Source of the DNA: Candidatus Eiseniibacteriota bacterium
Lineage (GTDB): Bacteria; Eisenbacteria; RBG-16-71-46
NCBI GenBank assembly: GCA_016215625.1
Contig: JACRIW010000058.1
Coordinates: forward strand, 32,252 to 96,251
Reading direction: 5' to 3'
DNA: 64,000 bases
The translations under genes and the position numbers were made by a program. The notes under the pieces were generated by a model that searched no databases, was not told the origin of the DNA, and worked only from the letters and a program-made list of their open reading frames with translations. Below, piece by piece: positions 1 through 10,037 of the stretch (the first letter of the stretch is position 1; every line of letters starts with the position of its first letter).

Positions 1-1692
1 TCCGGCGCGGGCGGACCCGACGCCGCGGGCTACCGCTGGACCGACAGCGACGCGCCCGGCGGGCCCGCGTTCCAGTGGCAGGAGATCGCCACGACGGGCA
101 CGCGGCTCTTCGGCAGCGCCGACGACTCGACGCGCACGGACGTGGCGCTGCCGTTCGATTTTCCGTTCTACGGCGGCGTCTACCGCAGCGTGAACGTGTG
201 CACGAACGGCTGGTTGTCGTTCCTCGACCGCCGCTCGAGTTTCCGCGACGTGTCGTTGCCCGACACGGCCGCGGCCGTGCCGCGCGCCCTGATCGCGCCG
301 TGGTGGGACGACCTCGACCTGCGCACGACGACGGGCGGGGGGCGGGCGTACGCGCACTACGACGGTTCGCGCTTCATCCTCGAGTGGCGTGACGCCGTGC
401 ACTACGCCGTCGGCGGGCCGTACACGTTCCAGGTGCTGCTGTCGCCGAGCGGCGCGATCGACTTCCAGTACCTGAGCGTCGCGAGTCCCGCCGATCGCGC
501 GACGATCGGCATCCAGGACGAGACCGGCACGCGCGGGCTCACGCTCGCGCACGACGCGCCGTACGCGCACTCCGGACTGCGCGTGCGCATCCAGCGCCTG
601 CCCGAGTGGCTCTCGGTCGTGCCCGACAGCGGCGTGATCGCGCCCGGCGCCGAGGACACGCTGCAGGTGGGGATGAGCGCGCGCGGCTATGCGGACGGGG
701 AGTACGGCGGCGCACTCGAGTTCGTGAGCGACGACATCGCCGCGCCGAGCCGGCTCGTCGGTGCGCGCATGGTGGTCTCGCGCACGAACGTGGCGCTCGC
801 CGCTTCGCCGGGCACCGTCGGCTCCCTCGCGCACGCCAGCCAGGTACGCGTGCACGGCCCGGCGGGAGCGGGGCTCACGGAACTGGCTCCCGGGCACACG
901 ACGCTCGGCGGCGTGCGCCCGTCCGGCGCCCCGGTCGTGGACGAACCCGGGCGCGTCACGCTCGAGTTCGACGCTCTCGACTACGTGCTCGGACGCCTCC
1001 CCGAGGGCGAACACCGGCTTCCGTTCGTCGCGCTCGCGGGGGATCGCACGTGGTTGTCCGACAGCGTGTTGGTGCGGGTGTCTCGTCCGGAGCTCGAAGT
1101 GGCCGGGATGCCCGGCTGGGACGACGGCCTGCCGCGCCTCGAGGCGCTCAGCGGCAAGCCCCTGGCGCTCGCGTTCCAGCCGCCGGCGCTCGCCGATCGC
1201 TACGAGGTCGCGCTCTCGCTCGACGGCGGCCGGGCCTGGATCACACTCGCCTCGACACCCGCGCCCGCATGGGTGCTGACGCCGTTGGTGGTGAGCGACG
1301 GATCGCTGGTCGAGGTGAGCGCGTGGAGCGCCGACTCGCTCACGGGCGTCTGGCTGTCCGCGCCCTTCCGCGTGAATCCGCCGCCGAGCACGGGCGTGGA
1401 GCCGGCCGTTCCGGGCGAGTTCGCGCTGCGCCTCCTCGGCGCCCGCCCGGGGCAGCTGCCCGTCCGGCTGCAGTTCGACGTGCCGGCGGGGGCGGACGGC
1501 GCGCTCGAGGTGTTCGATCTGCGCGGCGCCCGCGTGCGCACGCTGGCGCGCGGCGCACTCGTCGCCGGAAGGCACGCGTTCGACTGGGACGGGCGGGGGA
1601 ACTCCGGCGAAGCGGCGGCCAGCGGCGTCTATTTCGTGCGGGCCCGGCTCGGCGGAGCGGCGATCGTCCGGCGCGTCGTGCTCACGCGTTGA
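1..1692 (+). CDS. Secreted cell-surface protein, 5' end outside the window, with a C-terminal FlgD-Ig-like / T9SS-type sorting domain
   Basis: Frame 1 reads open from base 1 (SGAGGPDAAGYRWTDSD...) into the listed ORF at 142..1692, so the gene continues upstream. GC3 is very high. The protein ends GVYFVRARLGGAAIVRRVVLTR, the same tail consensus found on six other proteins in the window. Confidence 0.7.
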   Translation, partial: SGAGGPDAAGYRWTDSDAPGGPAFQWQEIATTGTRLFGSADDSTRTDVALPFDFPFYGGVYRSVNVCTNGWLSFLDRRSSFRDVSLPDTAAAVPRALIAPWWDDLDLRTTTGGGRAYAHYDGSRFILEWRDAVHYAVGGPYTFQVLLSPSGAIDFQYLSVASPADRATIGIQDETGTRGLTLAHDAPYAHSGLRVRIQRLPEWLSVVPDSGVIAPGAEDTLQVGMSARGYADGEYGGALEFVSDDIAAPSRLVGARMVVSRTNVALAASPGTVGSLAHASQVRVHGPAGAGLTELAPGHTTLGGVRPSGAPVVDEPGRVTLEFDALDYVLGRLPEGEHRLPFVALAGDRTWLSDSVLVRVSRPELEVAGMPGWDDGLPRLEALSGKPLALAFQPPALADRYEVALSLDGGRAWITLASTPAPAWVLTPLVVSDGSLVEVSAWSADSLTGVWLSAPFRVNPPPSTGVEPAVPGEFALRLLGARPGQLPVRLQFDVPAGADGALEVFDLRGARVRTLARGALVAGRHAFDWDGRGNSGEAAASGVYFVRARLGGAAIVRRVVLTR

Positions 1693-1806
1693 GCGCCCGC
1701 GCTCTCGGCGCTTGACGGTTGTTCCCGAGACCGAAACACTGCGCGCGCAAACCCGTATCGGTGGGGCGACTCACGGGCACTCGCAACGGAGGGGGCAGGC
1801 CGCGGC

Positions 1807-4089
1807 ATGTGGATCAACGCGACGGGACTGGCGACGGGCAATCTCGTGCTGGGCGGGCTCGTGTTCCTGCTCGGGCTCGTGATCCTGCGCGAGAACCCCG
1901 GCCAGCGCCTCAACCGCGTCGTGTCGCTGCTGCTGTTCTTCGGCGGCTTCGGCGCCGTGCTCTCGGCGCTGTCGCTGCTCGCGCCGGCGGGCTCGGCCGG
2001 TGCGACCCTGCCCGAGACGGCGGCGTACCTCTGGGAGCTGTTCTTCCCGACCGCCTTCCTGCTTGCGAGCATCTTCCCCGAGGAGCGCGCGTTCACGCGC
2101 CGCATCGAGCTGCCGGGCGGCCTGCGCACGCCGAGCTTCATGCTGCTCGTGTTCGCGCCGCACGTCTTCCACTTCCTGCTCATGCTGCTCATGAGCATGT
2201 GGAAGCCGGAGACCGACCCCGTGCTGTCGGTGCCGGCGGCCGTGCGCCCGCTGTTCGGCGGCTTCGCCGTCATCGCGCGCGTGTGGCTCGGCGTGCACCG
2301 GTCGTTGTTCTCGCTCGTCGACCTCGGTTTCGGCGCGGGGGCGATCGCCCTGCTGCTCGGCAGCTGGCGCACCACGCAGGTACCGCGCATCCGCGCGCAG
2401 ATCGGCGCGATCACGGTCGGGCTCATCTGCTGCCTCGCGCTATACGCCTCGGCCACGTCGGTGCCCACGCTCTTCGGGCTCAAGCTCTCGCGCGAATGGC
2501 AGAGCCTGCTCACGACCGCCGCGCTGCTGCTCGGCTCGGGCTCGATCGCGTACGCGATGGTGCGGTTCAAGTTCCTCGACGCGAAGCTCATCGCGCGCCG
2601 CGGCATCCTCTACGCGCTCGCCTCGGCCGTGCTGATCGGCTTCTACCTGCTCGTCGTCGAGAAGGTGAACGCGTACGTGTCGAAGGCCTTCGGACTCGAC
2701 GCGCGCGTGGTCGAACCGGTGTTCCTGATCATGGCGCTCACGCTGTTCCAGCCCGCGATCGCCCGGCTCGAGGAGTCGCTCGACCAGATGTTCCTGCGCG
2801 ATCCCGGCGACTACCGCAACGTGCTGCGCGCGCTCGGCCGCGAACTGCAGACGACGATCGATCTCGACGACCTGCTCACTCGCGCGGCGCGCACGATGAC
2901 CGAGGCGCTGCTGCTGCGCTCGTCGTACGTGCTCGCGGTGACGCCGCAGGGTCCGGTCTCGCGCGCCGGAGCGGGCGATCCGCTCGACGACGCGGCGATG
3001 CAGCAGCTCGCCTCGATCGCGGGCCGTCTCGAGCAGGGGCGCGCCGTCTTCCGGCTCGCCGATCCCATCGACGGCCTGCGCCGCGCCGACCGCGAACTGC
3101 TCGTGCACAAGCTGGGCGGCGAACTCATGCTGCCGCTGCGCTGGCGCGGCGAGACGCTCGGGCTCGTGCTGCTCGGCGAGAAGCTGACGCGCACCGAGTA
3201 CACGTCCGAGGACGAGACGCTGCTGCAGGGACTCGCCTCGCAGATGGCCGTGTCGCTGCAGAACGCGCTCCTGCTGCGCGACCGGCTGCAGGTCGCGCGC
3301 CTCGAGGAGGAACTGCACCTCGCGCACCAGATCCAGCGCACGTTCCTGCGCTCGGAGTTCCCGGTCATGCCACGGTGCGAGGTGCACGCGATCAACATCT
3401 CGTCGCGCCAGGTCGGCGGCGACTACTACGACGTCGTGCCGTGCGAGGACGGCTCGTTCCTCGTCGCGATCGCGGACGTGGCGGGCAAGGGCGTGCCGGC
3501 CGCGCTCATGTCGTCCATGCTGCAGGCCGCGCTCCGCACACACTCGCGTTCGGCCGAACCCGTGAGCACGATCCTGCGCAACATCAACGCGCTCGTGTAC
3601 CGCAGCACCGCCGTGCACCAGTTCGCGACGTTCTTCCTCGCGCGCGTGGACGCCGCGGGCCGCCACCTCACGTTCTGCAACGCGGGGCACAACTGGCCTG
3701 CGCTCGTGCGCAGCGACGGCACGACGGTGTTCCTCGAGCGCGGCGGGCTGCTGCTCGGCGTGCTCGAGGACATCCAGCTCGAGCACGAGCGCGTGGATCT
3801 GCAGCCGGGCGACGTGCTCGTACTCTTCACCGACGGCATCAGCGAGGCGGCCAATCGCGACGGCGAGCTCTTCGGCGAGCAGCGTGTCGCCGAGATCGTA
3901 CGCGAACTCGACCGCCCGCTCGACGCGCGCACGATCACCGCGCGGCTGCTCGACGAGGTCGAGGCGCACCTCGGGGCGGAGGAAGCGCAGGACGACCGCA
4001 CGCTGCTCGTGCTGCGCGTGCACGAGGGCGCGGACGACGCGGCCGCGGACGTGCCCGCCGGCGAGCCGGTCGAGGCCCGCGCGGACTGA
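1807..4089 (+). CDS. Multi-pass membrane GAF-domain PP2C-type (SpoIIE/RsbU family) serine phosphatase
   Basis: The N-terminal ~330 aa are strongly hydrophobic with about 8 predicted helices. The central region is GAF-like. The C-terminus carries PP2C/SpoIIE motifs (GGDYYDVV...FLVAIADVAGKGVPAALMSS...VLVLFTDGISEA). A GGAGG-like ribosome-binding site lies upstream of the ATG at 1807. Confidence 0.8.
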   Translation: MWINATGLATGNLVLGGLVFLLGLVILRENPGQRLNRVVSLLLFFGGFGAVLSALSLLAPAGSAGATLPETAAYLWELFFPTAFLLASIFPEERAFTRRIELPGGLRTPSFMLLVFAPHVFHFLLMLLMSMWKPETDPVLSVPAAVRPLFGGFAVIARVWLGVHRSLFSLVDLGFGAGAIALLLGSWRTTQVPRIRAQIGAITVGLICCLALYASATSVPTLFGLKLSREWQSLLTTAALLLGSGSIAYAMVRFKFLDAKLIARRGILYALASAVLIGFYLLVVEKVNAYVSKAFGLDARVVEPVFLIMALTLFQPAIARLEESLDQMFLRDPGDYRNVLRALGRELQTTIDLDDLLTRAARTMTEALLLRSSYVLAVTPQGPVSRAGAGDPLDDAAMQQLASIAGRLEQGRAVFRLADPIDGLRRADRELLVHKLGGELMLPLRWRGETLGLVLLGEKLTRTEYTSEDETLLQGLASQMAVSLQNALLLRDRLQVARLEEELHLAHQIQRTFLRSEFPVMPRCEVHAINISSRQVGGDYYDVVPCEDGSFLVAIADVAGKGVPAALMSSMLQAALRTHSRSAEPVSTILRNINALVYRSTAVHQFATFFLARVDAAGRHLTFCNAGHNWPALVRSDGTTVFLERGGLLLGVLEDIQLEHERVDLQPGDVLVLFTDGISEAANRDGELFGEQRVAEIVRELDRPLDARTITARLLDEVEAHLGAEEAQDDRTLLVLRVHEGADDAAADVPAGEPVEARAD

Positions 4090-4095
4090 CCGCCG

Positions 4096-5271
4096 TCAGC
4101 GGCGCGAGCCCGCGCGTGCGCGCGGCTTCGCGGGCGGAGCGCTCGCCAAGCGGTGCACCGTGCCGTCGTCGCTCGTCACGTACAGCTCACCCGTCGCGTC
4201 CTCACCGAAGCTCGTGATCGAGCCGAGCGGTCCGACGTTCCACTCGCGTCGATCGCTCACGCGCCCTTCGCTCCATCGGAACGAGCGGATCCAGCCGCGG
4301 CAGTAATCGGCGAAGAAGTACGTGCCGGCGAGCGCGGGCATGGCGCGGCCGCGATACACGTAGCCGCCGGTCACGGAACAGCCCTCCGAGTGCCCGTACT
4401 CGAGCACGGGGTCCGTCGTGCCCCGATGCAGGGGAGGGGCGCGGAAGGCGTGCAGTCCCTCGCGCGCGTTCCAGCCGTAGTCGAGCCCGGCGTCGGTGAC
4501 CTTCGCGACGTTCACTTCCTCCCAGGCGTTCTGCCCGACGTCGGCGACGTACACGTACGGCGCGCCGCGGTCGAACGAGAAGCGCCAGGGATTGCGCAGT
4601 CCCGTCGCCCAGATCTCCGCCCGTGCGCCGCTGCGCTGCACGAACGGATTGTCGGCGGGCACCGTGTAGGGCGGGTGGTCCACGTCCAGACGCAGCATCT
4701 TGCCGAGCAGCGTCGCGGGGTCCTGGCCGTTGCCGTGCGGGTCGCCGCCCGCGCCGCCGTCACCCATGCCGACCCAGAGCATGCCGTCGGGTGCGAAGGC
4801 GATCATGCCGCCGTTGTGGTTCGCATACGGCTGCTCGACCGTCAGCACCGGCGAGGCGCTCGCGCGATCCGCCACGTCGGAGAGTGGCCCGGCCTTGAAG
4901 CGCACGATCTGAGTGTCGCCGTCCTTGTCGGTGTAGTTCACGAAGAAGAAGCCGTTGCGCGCGAAGAGCGGATGGAACGCGAGCCCGAGCAGGCCACGCT
5001 CGCCGCCGAAGCCGACGCGGTCCGTGAGATCGAGGAACGGCCGCTCGAGCAGCTTGCCGTCGCGCACGACACGGATGCGGCCGGGCTGCTCGAGGACGAA
5101 CAGCCGCGGGTCACCCGCCGGTGCGGTGACGAAGACCGGCGAGCGCAGGCCGCGCACGACCAGTTCGGCGCGCAGCCCCTCGGAGCGGACGTACTGGACT
5201 TCGCGGGCGTCGGTCCGGTGGGCCGGGAGGGCGATCGAGAGGACGAGTGCGAGGGCGAGGGGTGGGCGCAT
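4096..5271 (-). CDS. PQQ-dependent soluble sugar (aldose/sorbosone) dehydrogenase, secreted
   Basis: Signal peptide MRPPLALALVLSIALPAHR. Beta-propeller SGDH motifs include GLLGLAFHP, YANHNGG, LLGKMLRLD and RNPWRF. I placed the start at the in-frame ATG at 5271; the GTG at 5280 is the alternative. Confidence 0.8.
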   Translation of the reverse strand: MRPPLALALVLSIALPAHRTDAREVQYVRSEGLRAELVVRGLRSPVFVTAPAGDPRLFVLEQPGRIRVVRDGKLLERPFLDLTDRVGFGGERGLLGLAFHPLFARNGFFFVNYTDKDGDTQIVRFKAGPLSDVADRASASPVLTVEQPYANHNGGMIAFAPDGMLWVGMGDGGAGGDPHGNGQDPATLLGKMLRLDVDHPPYTVPADNPFVQRSGARAEIWATGLRNPWRFSFDRGAPYVYVADVGQNAWEEVNVAKVTDAGLDYGWNAREGLHAFRAPPLHRGTTDPVLEYGHSEGCSVTGGYVYRGRAMPALAGTYFFADYCRGWIRSFRWSEGRVSDRREWNVGPLGSITSFGEDATGELYVTSDDGTVHRLASAPPAKPRARAGSRR

Positions 5272-5299
5272 GGCGCGCACACTAGCCGGACCGGGGGTG

Positions 5300-5325
5300 G
5301 GAGCCGCAAGAGCGCTTGCGGCTCC
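5300..5325. promoter_or_regulatory. Perfect 11-bp-arm inverted repeat (GGAGCCGCAAG-AGCG-CTTGCGGCTCC) in the divergent promoter region
   Basis: Read directly from the sequence. It sits 29 bp upstream of the sugar dehydrogenase start and 80 bp upstream of the dtxR-family start. It is a candidate operator or 5'-UTR hairpin. Confidence 0.3.
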
Positions 5326-5361
5326 AAGAAAAGGTTGGACAGCCCGCCATGGGTCCTGCTA

Positions 5362-5380
5362 TTAGGTGGCACTAACGCAG
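5362..5380. promoter_or_regulatory. Candidate DtxR/IdeR-type iron box (TTAGGTGGCACTAACGCAG)
   Basis: 12 of 19 positions match the IdeR consensus TTAGGTTAGGCTAACCTAA, with TTAG-N-CTAA ends. It lies 25 bp upstream of the DtxR-family gene, so autoregulation is plausible. Confidence 0.3.
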
Positions 5381-5404
5381 TGCAGCCTTCACGAAGGAGT
5401 CGTC

Positions 5405-5920
5405 ATGTTGCTCGGGAAGTACCAGGCCCAGCGCCCGCTGAGTCCCAGCCACGAACACTACCTGCGCGCCATCTGGGACCTGCGCAACCAGCGCGGCTAC
5501 GCCCGCATGGCGGACGTGGCGCGTGCGCTCGGCGTCGCCCCGGCGACCCTCTCGGTGGGCCTGCGCCCGCTCGAGCAGCGCGGGCTCATCGCGCACGACG
5601 AAGCTCGATTCCTGCTGCTCACGCCCGCGGGCGAGCGCGCCGCGCGCGAGGTGCACCACCGCTTCCAGGTGTTGCGCACGTTCCTGCAGGAAGTGCTCGG
5701 GGTCGAACGTGAGACCGCCGAGAGTGAAGCTTGCCTGATCGAGCACGACATCAGTCCCGGCACCACGAGCCGCTTCGTGGACTTCCTCAAACTCCTGCAC
5801 GAGGACCCCGAAGTCGCGGGGTTGCTGCGGGAGCGCTACGCCGCCTACCGCCGTTCCTGCGAGCCGAGCGACGCCTGCTCGACCTGCGGGCTCGGCTGCC
5901 TCGTTCCCGCGCCGCGTTGA
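5405..5920 (+). CDS. DtxR/MntR-family metal-dependent transcriptional repressor
   Basis: N-terminal winged HTH (HYLRAIWDL...GYARMADVARALGVAPATLS) followed by a dimerisation/metal-binding domain. AAGGAG sits 6 nt before the ATG at 5405, which favours this start over the upstream GTG at 5366. Confidence 0.8.
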   Translation: MLLGKYQAQRPLSPSHEHYLRAIWDLRNQRGYARMADVARALGVAPATLSVGLRPLEQRGLIAHDEARFLLLTPAGERAAREVHHRFQVLRTFLQEVLGVERETAESEACLIEHDISPGTTSRFVDFLKLLHEDPEVAGLLRERYAAYRRSCEPSDACSTCGLGCLVPAPR

Positions 5921-5952
5921 ACACCCGTTCCTCTCTCCATCCCGAGGACTTC

Positions 5953-6330
5953 ATGCACACCACCGCCACTCCCGAGGCCGCCGTCGCGGCCGCCGGCAAG
6001 CCCGCCATCGCGTTCGTCGCCGTCAACTACATCCACTGCGAGAGCGACTACGTCGAGCGCTTCGAGGAACTCTTCCGCACCCGCGCCCACGCGATCGACC
6101 GCATCCCGGGTTTCGTCTCGATGCGCGTGCTCAAGCCCTCGGCGCCGGGCGGGGACTATCTCATCGTGAGCGAATGGTCCGATCCGGGCGCATTCGACTC
6201 GTGGCGGCAGTCGCCCGAGTTTCTCGAGGGCCACAAGCGCGGCTTCGCCGACGTACGCGCCGCCCGTGAGGAGGGGCGCACTCCGCCGATGACTTCGCGT
6301 TTCGAGACCTATTCCGTACTCTGCGACTGA
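5953..6330 (+). CDS. ABM-fold monooxygenase, IsdG/HmoB/MhuD-like heme-degrading enzyme (candidate)
   Basis: ABM fold. Asn25, Trp84 and His94 are spaced roughly 60 and 10 residues apart, matching the catalytic N-W-H triad of IsdG-family heme oxygenases. GAGGA lies 5 nt before the ATG. The gene is immediately downstream of the DtxR-family repressor. Confidence 0.65.
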   Translation: MHTTATPEAAVAAAGKPAIAFVAVNYIHCESDYVERFEELFRTRAHAIDRIPGFVSMRVLKPSAPGGDYLIVSEWSDPGAFDSWRQSPEFLEGHKRGFADVRAAREEGRTPPMTSRFETYSVLCD

Positions 6331-6438
6331 GTCTGGAGGCGGAGGCGCCCTTCCGGGAACCCCGAAGGATTCAGGGGCCGCCTCCGCCGCCGATACTGGG
6401 CCGACACCGCCGCATCGCGCGGCGGGCCGGAGCGAGAC

Positions 6439-6942
6439 ATGATCTTCGAGAACGACCTCTTCCGATTCGGGACGAGCGGCACGCTGATCGCCCTGTACGG
6501 CGCCGTGGACCACGCGGCGCGTCGCGCAGGTGGGGATCCACTGCGCGCGCGCGTGAAGCCGCCGCGCTGGCTCGGGGCGCTCATCTTCCTTTCCGTGCTC
6601 GTCTTCTATCTCACGATCAAACCCTCGGGCGGCGCCTGGGCGCAGGGCGCCGGGAACGTCGCCGGCATCGCGCTCGCGGGACTGGCGATGGCGTTGCGCT
6701 GGAGCACGCGGCGCGGCATCGCTTCGCTGCGCCAGCCCGACGTCGCGGCGCGCATGCTCTTCTACGTGGCGCTGCCGATGGCCGTGGGCTCGGCGCCGGG
6801 CGCGCTCGCGCTGACGCTGCCGGCCGTGCTGGCGTCCGCCTGGTGCAGCCGCCGCGAGGACGCGATCCTGCTCGCCGAGCACGGCGAGCCTTGGGCGCGC
6901 CGCATGGCGACCAGCGCACGCTGGGTGCCCGGACTCTGGTGA
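6439..6942 (+). CDS. Integral membrane protein, isoprenylcysteine carboxyl / phospholipid methyltransferase-like (ICMT/PEMT family, tentative)
   Basis: 4–5 hydrophobic segments. The C-terminal region REDAILLAEHGEPWARRMATSARWVPGLW resembles the EExxLxxxFGxxYxxYxxxVxRxIP motif of the ICMT family. Confidence 0.5.
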   Translation: MIFENDLFRFGTSGTLIALYGAVDHAARRAGGDPLRARVKPPRWLGALIFLSVLVFYLTIKPSGGAWAQGAGNVAGIALAGLAMALRWSTRRGIASLRQPDVAARMLFYVALPMAVGSAPGALALTLPAVLASAWCSRREDAILLAEHGEPWARRMATSARWVPGLW

Positions 6943-7015
6943 CGCACCGCACGACGCACGAAGGCCCGCGGCGACGATGCCGCGGGCCTTCGTCTTTCGT
7001 CGCGGCGCGCGACGG

Positions 7016-8293
7016 TCAGAACTGGTGCTTCTCGGTCGAGTCGTCGAGCGCCTTGGTGCTGCTCTCGCCGCCCGAGATCGTCTCCTGCAGCGCGTCGAAC
7101 CAGCCGGTGCCGACGAACTTCTGGTGCGTCACCGCGCCGTAGCCCGCGCTCTTCTGCAGGTCGAACTCGCGGTCCTGGAGCCGCGAGTACGCCGTCATGG
7201 CCTCGTCGCGATAGCCGCTCGCGAGCTCGAACATGGACAGGTTGAGCGCGTGGAAGCCCGCGAGCGTCACGAACTGGAAGGCGTAGCCCATCGCACCCAG
7301 CTCGCGCTGGAACTTCGCGATCGTGGCGGCGTCGAGTTTCTTCGACCAGTTGAAGGACGGCGAACAGTTGTACGCGAGGCGCTTGCCCGGGTACCGCGCG
7401 TGGATGCCTTCGGCGAAGCGCTTCGCCTCGTCGAGGTCCGGCGTGCTCGTCTCGCACCACACGAGGTCGGCGACGGGCGCATACGCGAGGCCGCGGGCGA
7501 TCGCGGCCTCGAGGCTGCCGCGGTACTTCCAGAATCCCTCCACCGTGCGCGTGCGCTCGAGGAACGCGTGGTCGCGCTCGTCCACGTCGGACGTGATGAG
7601 CGTGGCGCTGTGCGCGTCGGTGCGCGCGACGAGCACGGTCGGCACGTCGAGCACGTCGGCCGCGAGCCGCGCCGCCTGCAGCTTCTGCACGAACTCGCGC
7701 GTCGGCACGAGCACCTTGCCGCCCATGTGGCCGCACTTCTTCGCGGAAGCGAGCTGGTCCTCGAAGTGCACGCCCGCGGCGCCCGCTTCGACGAGCGCCT
7801 TCATGAGTTCGTACGCGTTCAGGTCGCCGCCGAAGCCGGCCTCGGCGTCCGCGACGATCGGCGCGAACCAGTGCACGTCCGAGCGGCCTTCGAGGTGCGC
7901 GATCTGGTCGGCGCGCGTGAGCGCGGCGTTGATGCGGCGCACGACGTTCGGCACCGAGTCGACGGGGTAGAGGCTCTGGTCGGGATACATCTGCCCGGCG
8001 GTGTTCGCGTCGGCCGCGACCTGCCAGCCCGAGAGATAGATGCCCTTGAGGCCGGCGGCCACCTGTTGCACCGCCATGTTGCCGGTGAGCGCCCCGAGGG
8101 CGCGCACCGGCGGCTCGTTCTGCATGAGCGTCCACAGCCGCTCCGCGCCCATGCGTCCGAGCGTGTGCTCGACCTGCACGGTGCCGCGCAGCTTCACGAC
8201 GTCGGCCGCCGTGTAGCGGCGCTCGACGCCCTTCCAGCGCGGATCGGTTTCCCAGCTCGTGCGGATCTGCTCCGCGGTTCTCGGCGTGGACAT
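7016..8293 (-). CDS. aceA: Isocitrate lyase
   Basis: Carries the isocitrate lyase signature KKCGHMGGK and aligns with ICL across its length. Start set at the ATG at 8293 (MSTPRTAEQ), which has a GGGAGGA ribosome-binding site 7 nt upstream; the listed 8353 start is an upstream alternative codon. Confidence 0.9.
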   Translation of the reverse strand: MSTPRTAEQIRTSWETDPRWKGVERRYTAADVVKLRGTVQVEHTLGRMGAERLWTLMQNEPPVRALGALTGNMAVQQVAAGLKGIYLSGWQVAADANTAGQMYPDQSLYPVDSVPNVVRRINAALTRADQIAHLEGRSDVHWFAPIVADAEAGFGGDLNAYELMKALVEAGAAGVHFEDQLASAKKCGHMGGKVLVPTREFVQKLQAARLAADVLDVPTVLVARTDAHSATLITSDVDERDHAFLERTRTVEGFWKYRGSLEAAIARGLAYAPVADLVWCETSTPDLDEAKRFAEGIHARYPGKRLAYNCSPSFNWSKKLDAATIAKFQRELGAMGYAFQFVTLAGFHALNLSMFELASGYRDEAMTAYSRLQDREFDLQKSAGYGAVTHQKFVGTGWFDALQETISGGESSTKALDDSTEKHQF

Positions 8294-8334
8294 GTGCACA
8301 TCCTCCCTGTGACGGGGGCGCTCGGCCCCGGTGC

Positions 8335-9891
8335 TCAGACGGGGTCGAACCATCCTCGAACGATCATCTCTTCACTCCGGCGCCGCGCTTCGGTCAGCGT
8401 GGCCGCGTCTCCCACGTCGCGGCCGGACGGCAGGTCCGCGACGAGCGCGGCGAGCTCCTCGTCCCAGCAGCGCGACACGAAGGCCGAGTCGTGCACGGCT
8501 GCGCCCTCGATCGCGACCACGTCGCGATGGCGGATGCGCTGCGCGAGCATGAGGCGGTAGATGCGGTCGGTCGCGAGGTCCTCCATGTAGCCGTCGAGCA
8601 GGCTCGCGCCGCGCCCGTTGAGCACGCCGTTGCGATAGCGCACGGTGATGCGCGCCGCGGCGCGCGTGCCCGCGACCGTGTGCTTGCCGACGCCAACCGG
8701 CACGGGGCGCAGGTCGGGATAGCGTTCGGTCGCGGGGCGCGCGGCGATCTGGTTCGGCGCGGGAAACTGCGCCACGGCGATCGCGTTCTGGTCCGGATGC
8801 CCGGTCCACGCGCCGTCCATGAAGCACGCGGCCTCGTTCTTCTTGTCCTGCTCGAGCACGGCGAGCGCGCGCGTGTTGAGTTCGGCATCCGTGCGGCTCG
8901 GGTAGAGCGCGGTCATGCCGCCGATCGCGAGCGCGCCGCGGCGGTGGCAGATGTCCACGAGCAGGTGGCGCAGGCGCTGGAAGAACGGCACGTCGTGCGG
9001 AATCGTGTTGCGGTCGGGGAGCACCCACGAAGGATTCTCGAAGTTCCAGTGGATCAGGCTCGCCATGTAGTCCCAGCGCCCGAGGTTCAGCCCCACGATG
9101 TGTTCGCGCAGCGCGAACAGGAACTCCTCCATCTGGTAGGCGAGCGGGTGCGACTCGACGAGCGCCATGCAGCGGATGTAGTCGTGCGGCCAGCCGCGCA
9201 TGGCGGCGACCTTCTGGAAGACGTCGCGCCACCACAGCGCCTCTTCGGCGGACTCCGACTTGGGGATGTAGAACGCGAGCGGATGACGGAGCTTCGCCGG
9301 ATCCACCTGGAACGCGATCAGCGCGAGGTCGAACAGTGACGCGCTCGCGGGCGAGCCGTCGGCGGTGACGCCGAGCTGCGAAAGGTGCAGCCCGCGCACG
9401 CGGCTCCAGATCGCGACGCCGGACGGCTCGATGCCGACCGTGCGGCCGCGCTTGGCGTCCGCGTACGTGAGCCGGCCCTCGAGCGCGGCGAGGATGTTCG
9501 CCACTCCGCGCATCGTGCAGTCCCACGAGTTCGCCATCGAATCCTCGAGGTCGAGCATCACGCCGGGCGCGCCCGAGTTCAGCATCTTGACGACCAGTTC
9601 GCCGTCGTCGGCCGGACCGGTCATCTGGTTGCGCTTGTCCGCGCACCACGCGGGCACGGCGATGCGCCAATCCGAGGTCGTCGCCTCGGAAGGCGGCAGG
9701 TGATCGGGCAGCACGCCGTCTCGATGCGCGCGCGCGAGCCGCCCGATGCGTGCCGACGCCAGCGCTCTCTGTCGCGGCGTGAACTCGGCGTGCAGCTCCG
9801 CGAAGAAGGCCGCGAAGCCCGCGGGCAGGTCGCGTTCCGCGCGGAAGTCCGCGGGAGCGGTGTTCATGCTGGCGATGCGCGCTGCGTCCAC
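8335..9891 (-). CDS. aceB: Malate synthase A
   Basis: Full-length resemblance to malate synthase A over ~520 aa. A GTG start at 9891 has an AGAGGA ribosome-binding site 8 nt upstream. It lies 42 nt upstream of aceA on the same strand, forming a glyoxylate-shunt operon. Confidence 0.9.
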   Translation of the reverse strand: MDAARIASMNTAPADFRAERDLPAGFAAFFAELHAEFTPRQRALASARIGRLARAHRDGVLPDHLPPSEATTSDWRIAVPAWCADKRNQMTGPADDGELVVKMLNSGAPGVMLDLEDSMANSWDCTMRGVANILAALEGRLTYADAKRGRTVGIEPSGVAIWSRVRGLHLSQLGVTADGSPASASLFDLALIAFQVDPAKLRHPLAFYIPKSESAEEALWWRDVFQKVAAMRGWPHDYIRCMALVESHPLAYQMEEFLFALREHIVGLNLGRWDYMASLIHWNFENPSWVLPDRNTIPHDVPFFQRLRHLLVDICHRRGALAIGGMTALYPSRTDAELNTRALAVLEQDKKNEAACFMDGAWTGHPDQNAIAVAQFPAPNQIAARPATERYPDLRPVPVGVGKHTVAGTRAAARITVRYRNGVLNGRGASLLDGYMEDLATDRIYRLMLAQRIRHRDVVAIEGAAVHDSAFVSRCWDEELAALVADLPSGRDVGDAATLTEARRRSEEMIVRGWFDPV

Positions 9892-10037
9892 GTGCGTGTC
9901 CTCTCGTGGGAGTGCCCGGTGTGCGGGCCGGGAGACCGGCCCGGCGGTTATCGGCGCTTCGGGGGGCGAGGCTGAACCCGTGTGATGAGCCGGGGGGCCC
10001 TTGCGGTCCGGCCGAGCGCGGCGCTAGCGTGCCCGCC

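Noticed and set aside
606-1715. 369-aa Arg/Ala-rich ORF in an alternative frame inside the first gene
   Set aside because: It overlaps a gene with clear protein motifs in frame 1. The low-complexity Arg/Ala/Gly composition is typical of off-frame translation of 70%-GC coding DNA.
1719-4217. 832-aa ORF overlapping the GAF-PP2C phosphatase gene in another frame, and the antisense 527-aa ORF at 2440..4023
   Set aside because: Neither shows a domain signature. The PP2C frame has motif-level support, and both of these are Arg/Ala-rich GC artifacts.
5365-5382. A possible sigma-54 promoter at TGGCAC-TAACG-CAGTGC
   Set aside because: The spacing between the GG and GC elements is 7 or 12 nt, not the required 10, and there is no TTGC -12 element. 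I interpret the site as a DtxR/IdeR-like box.
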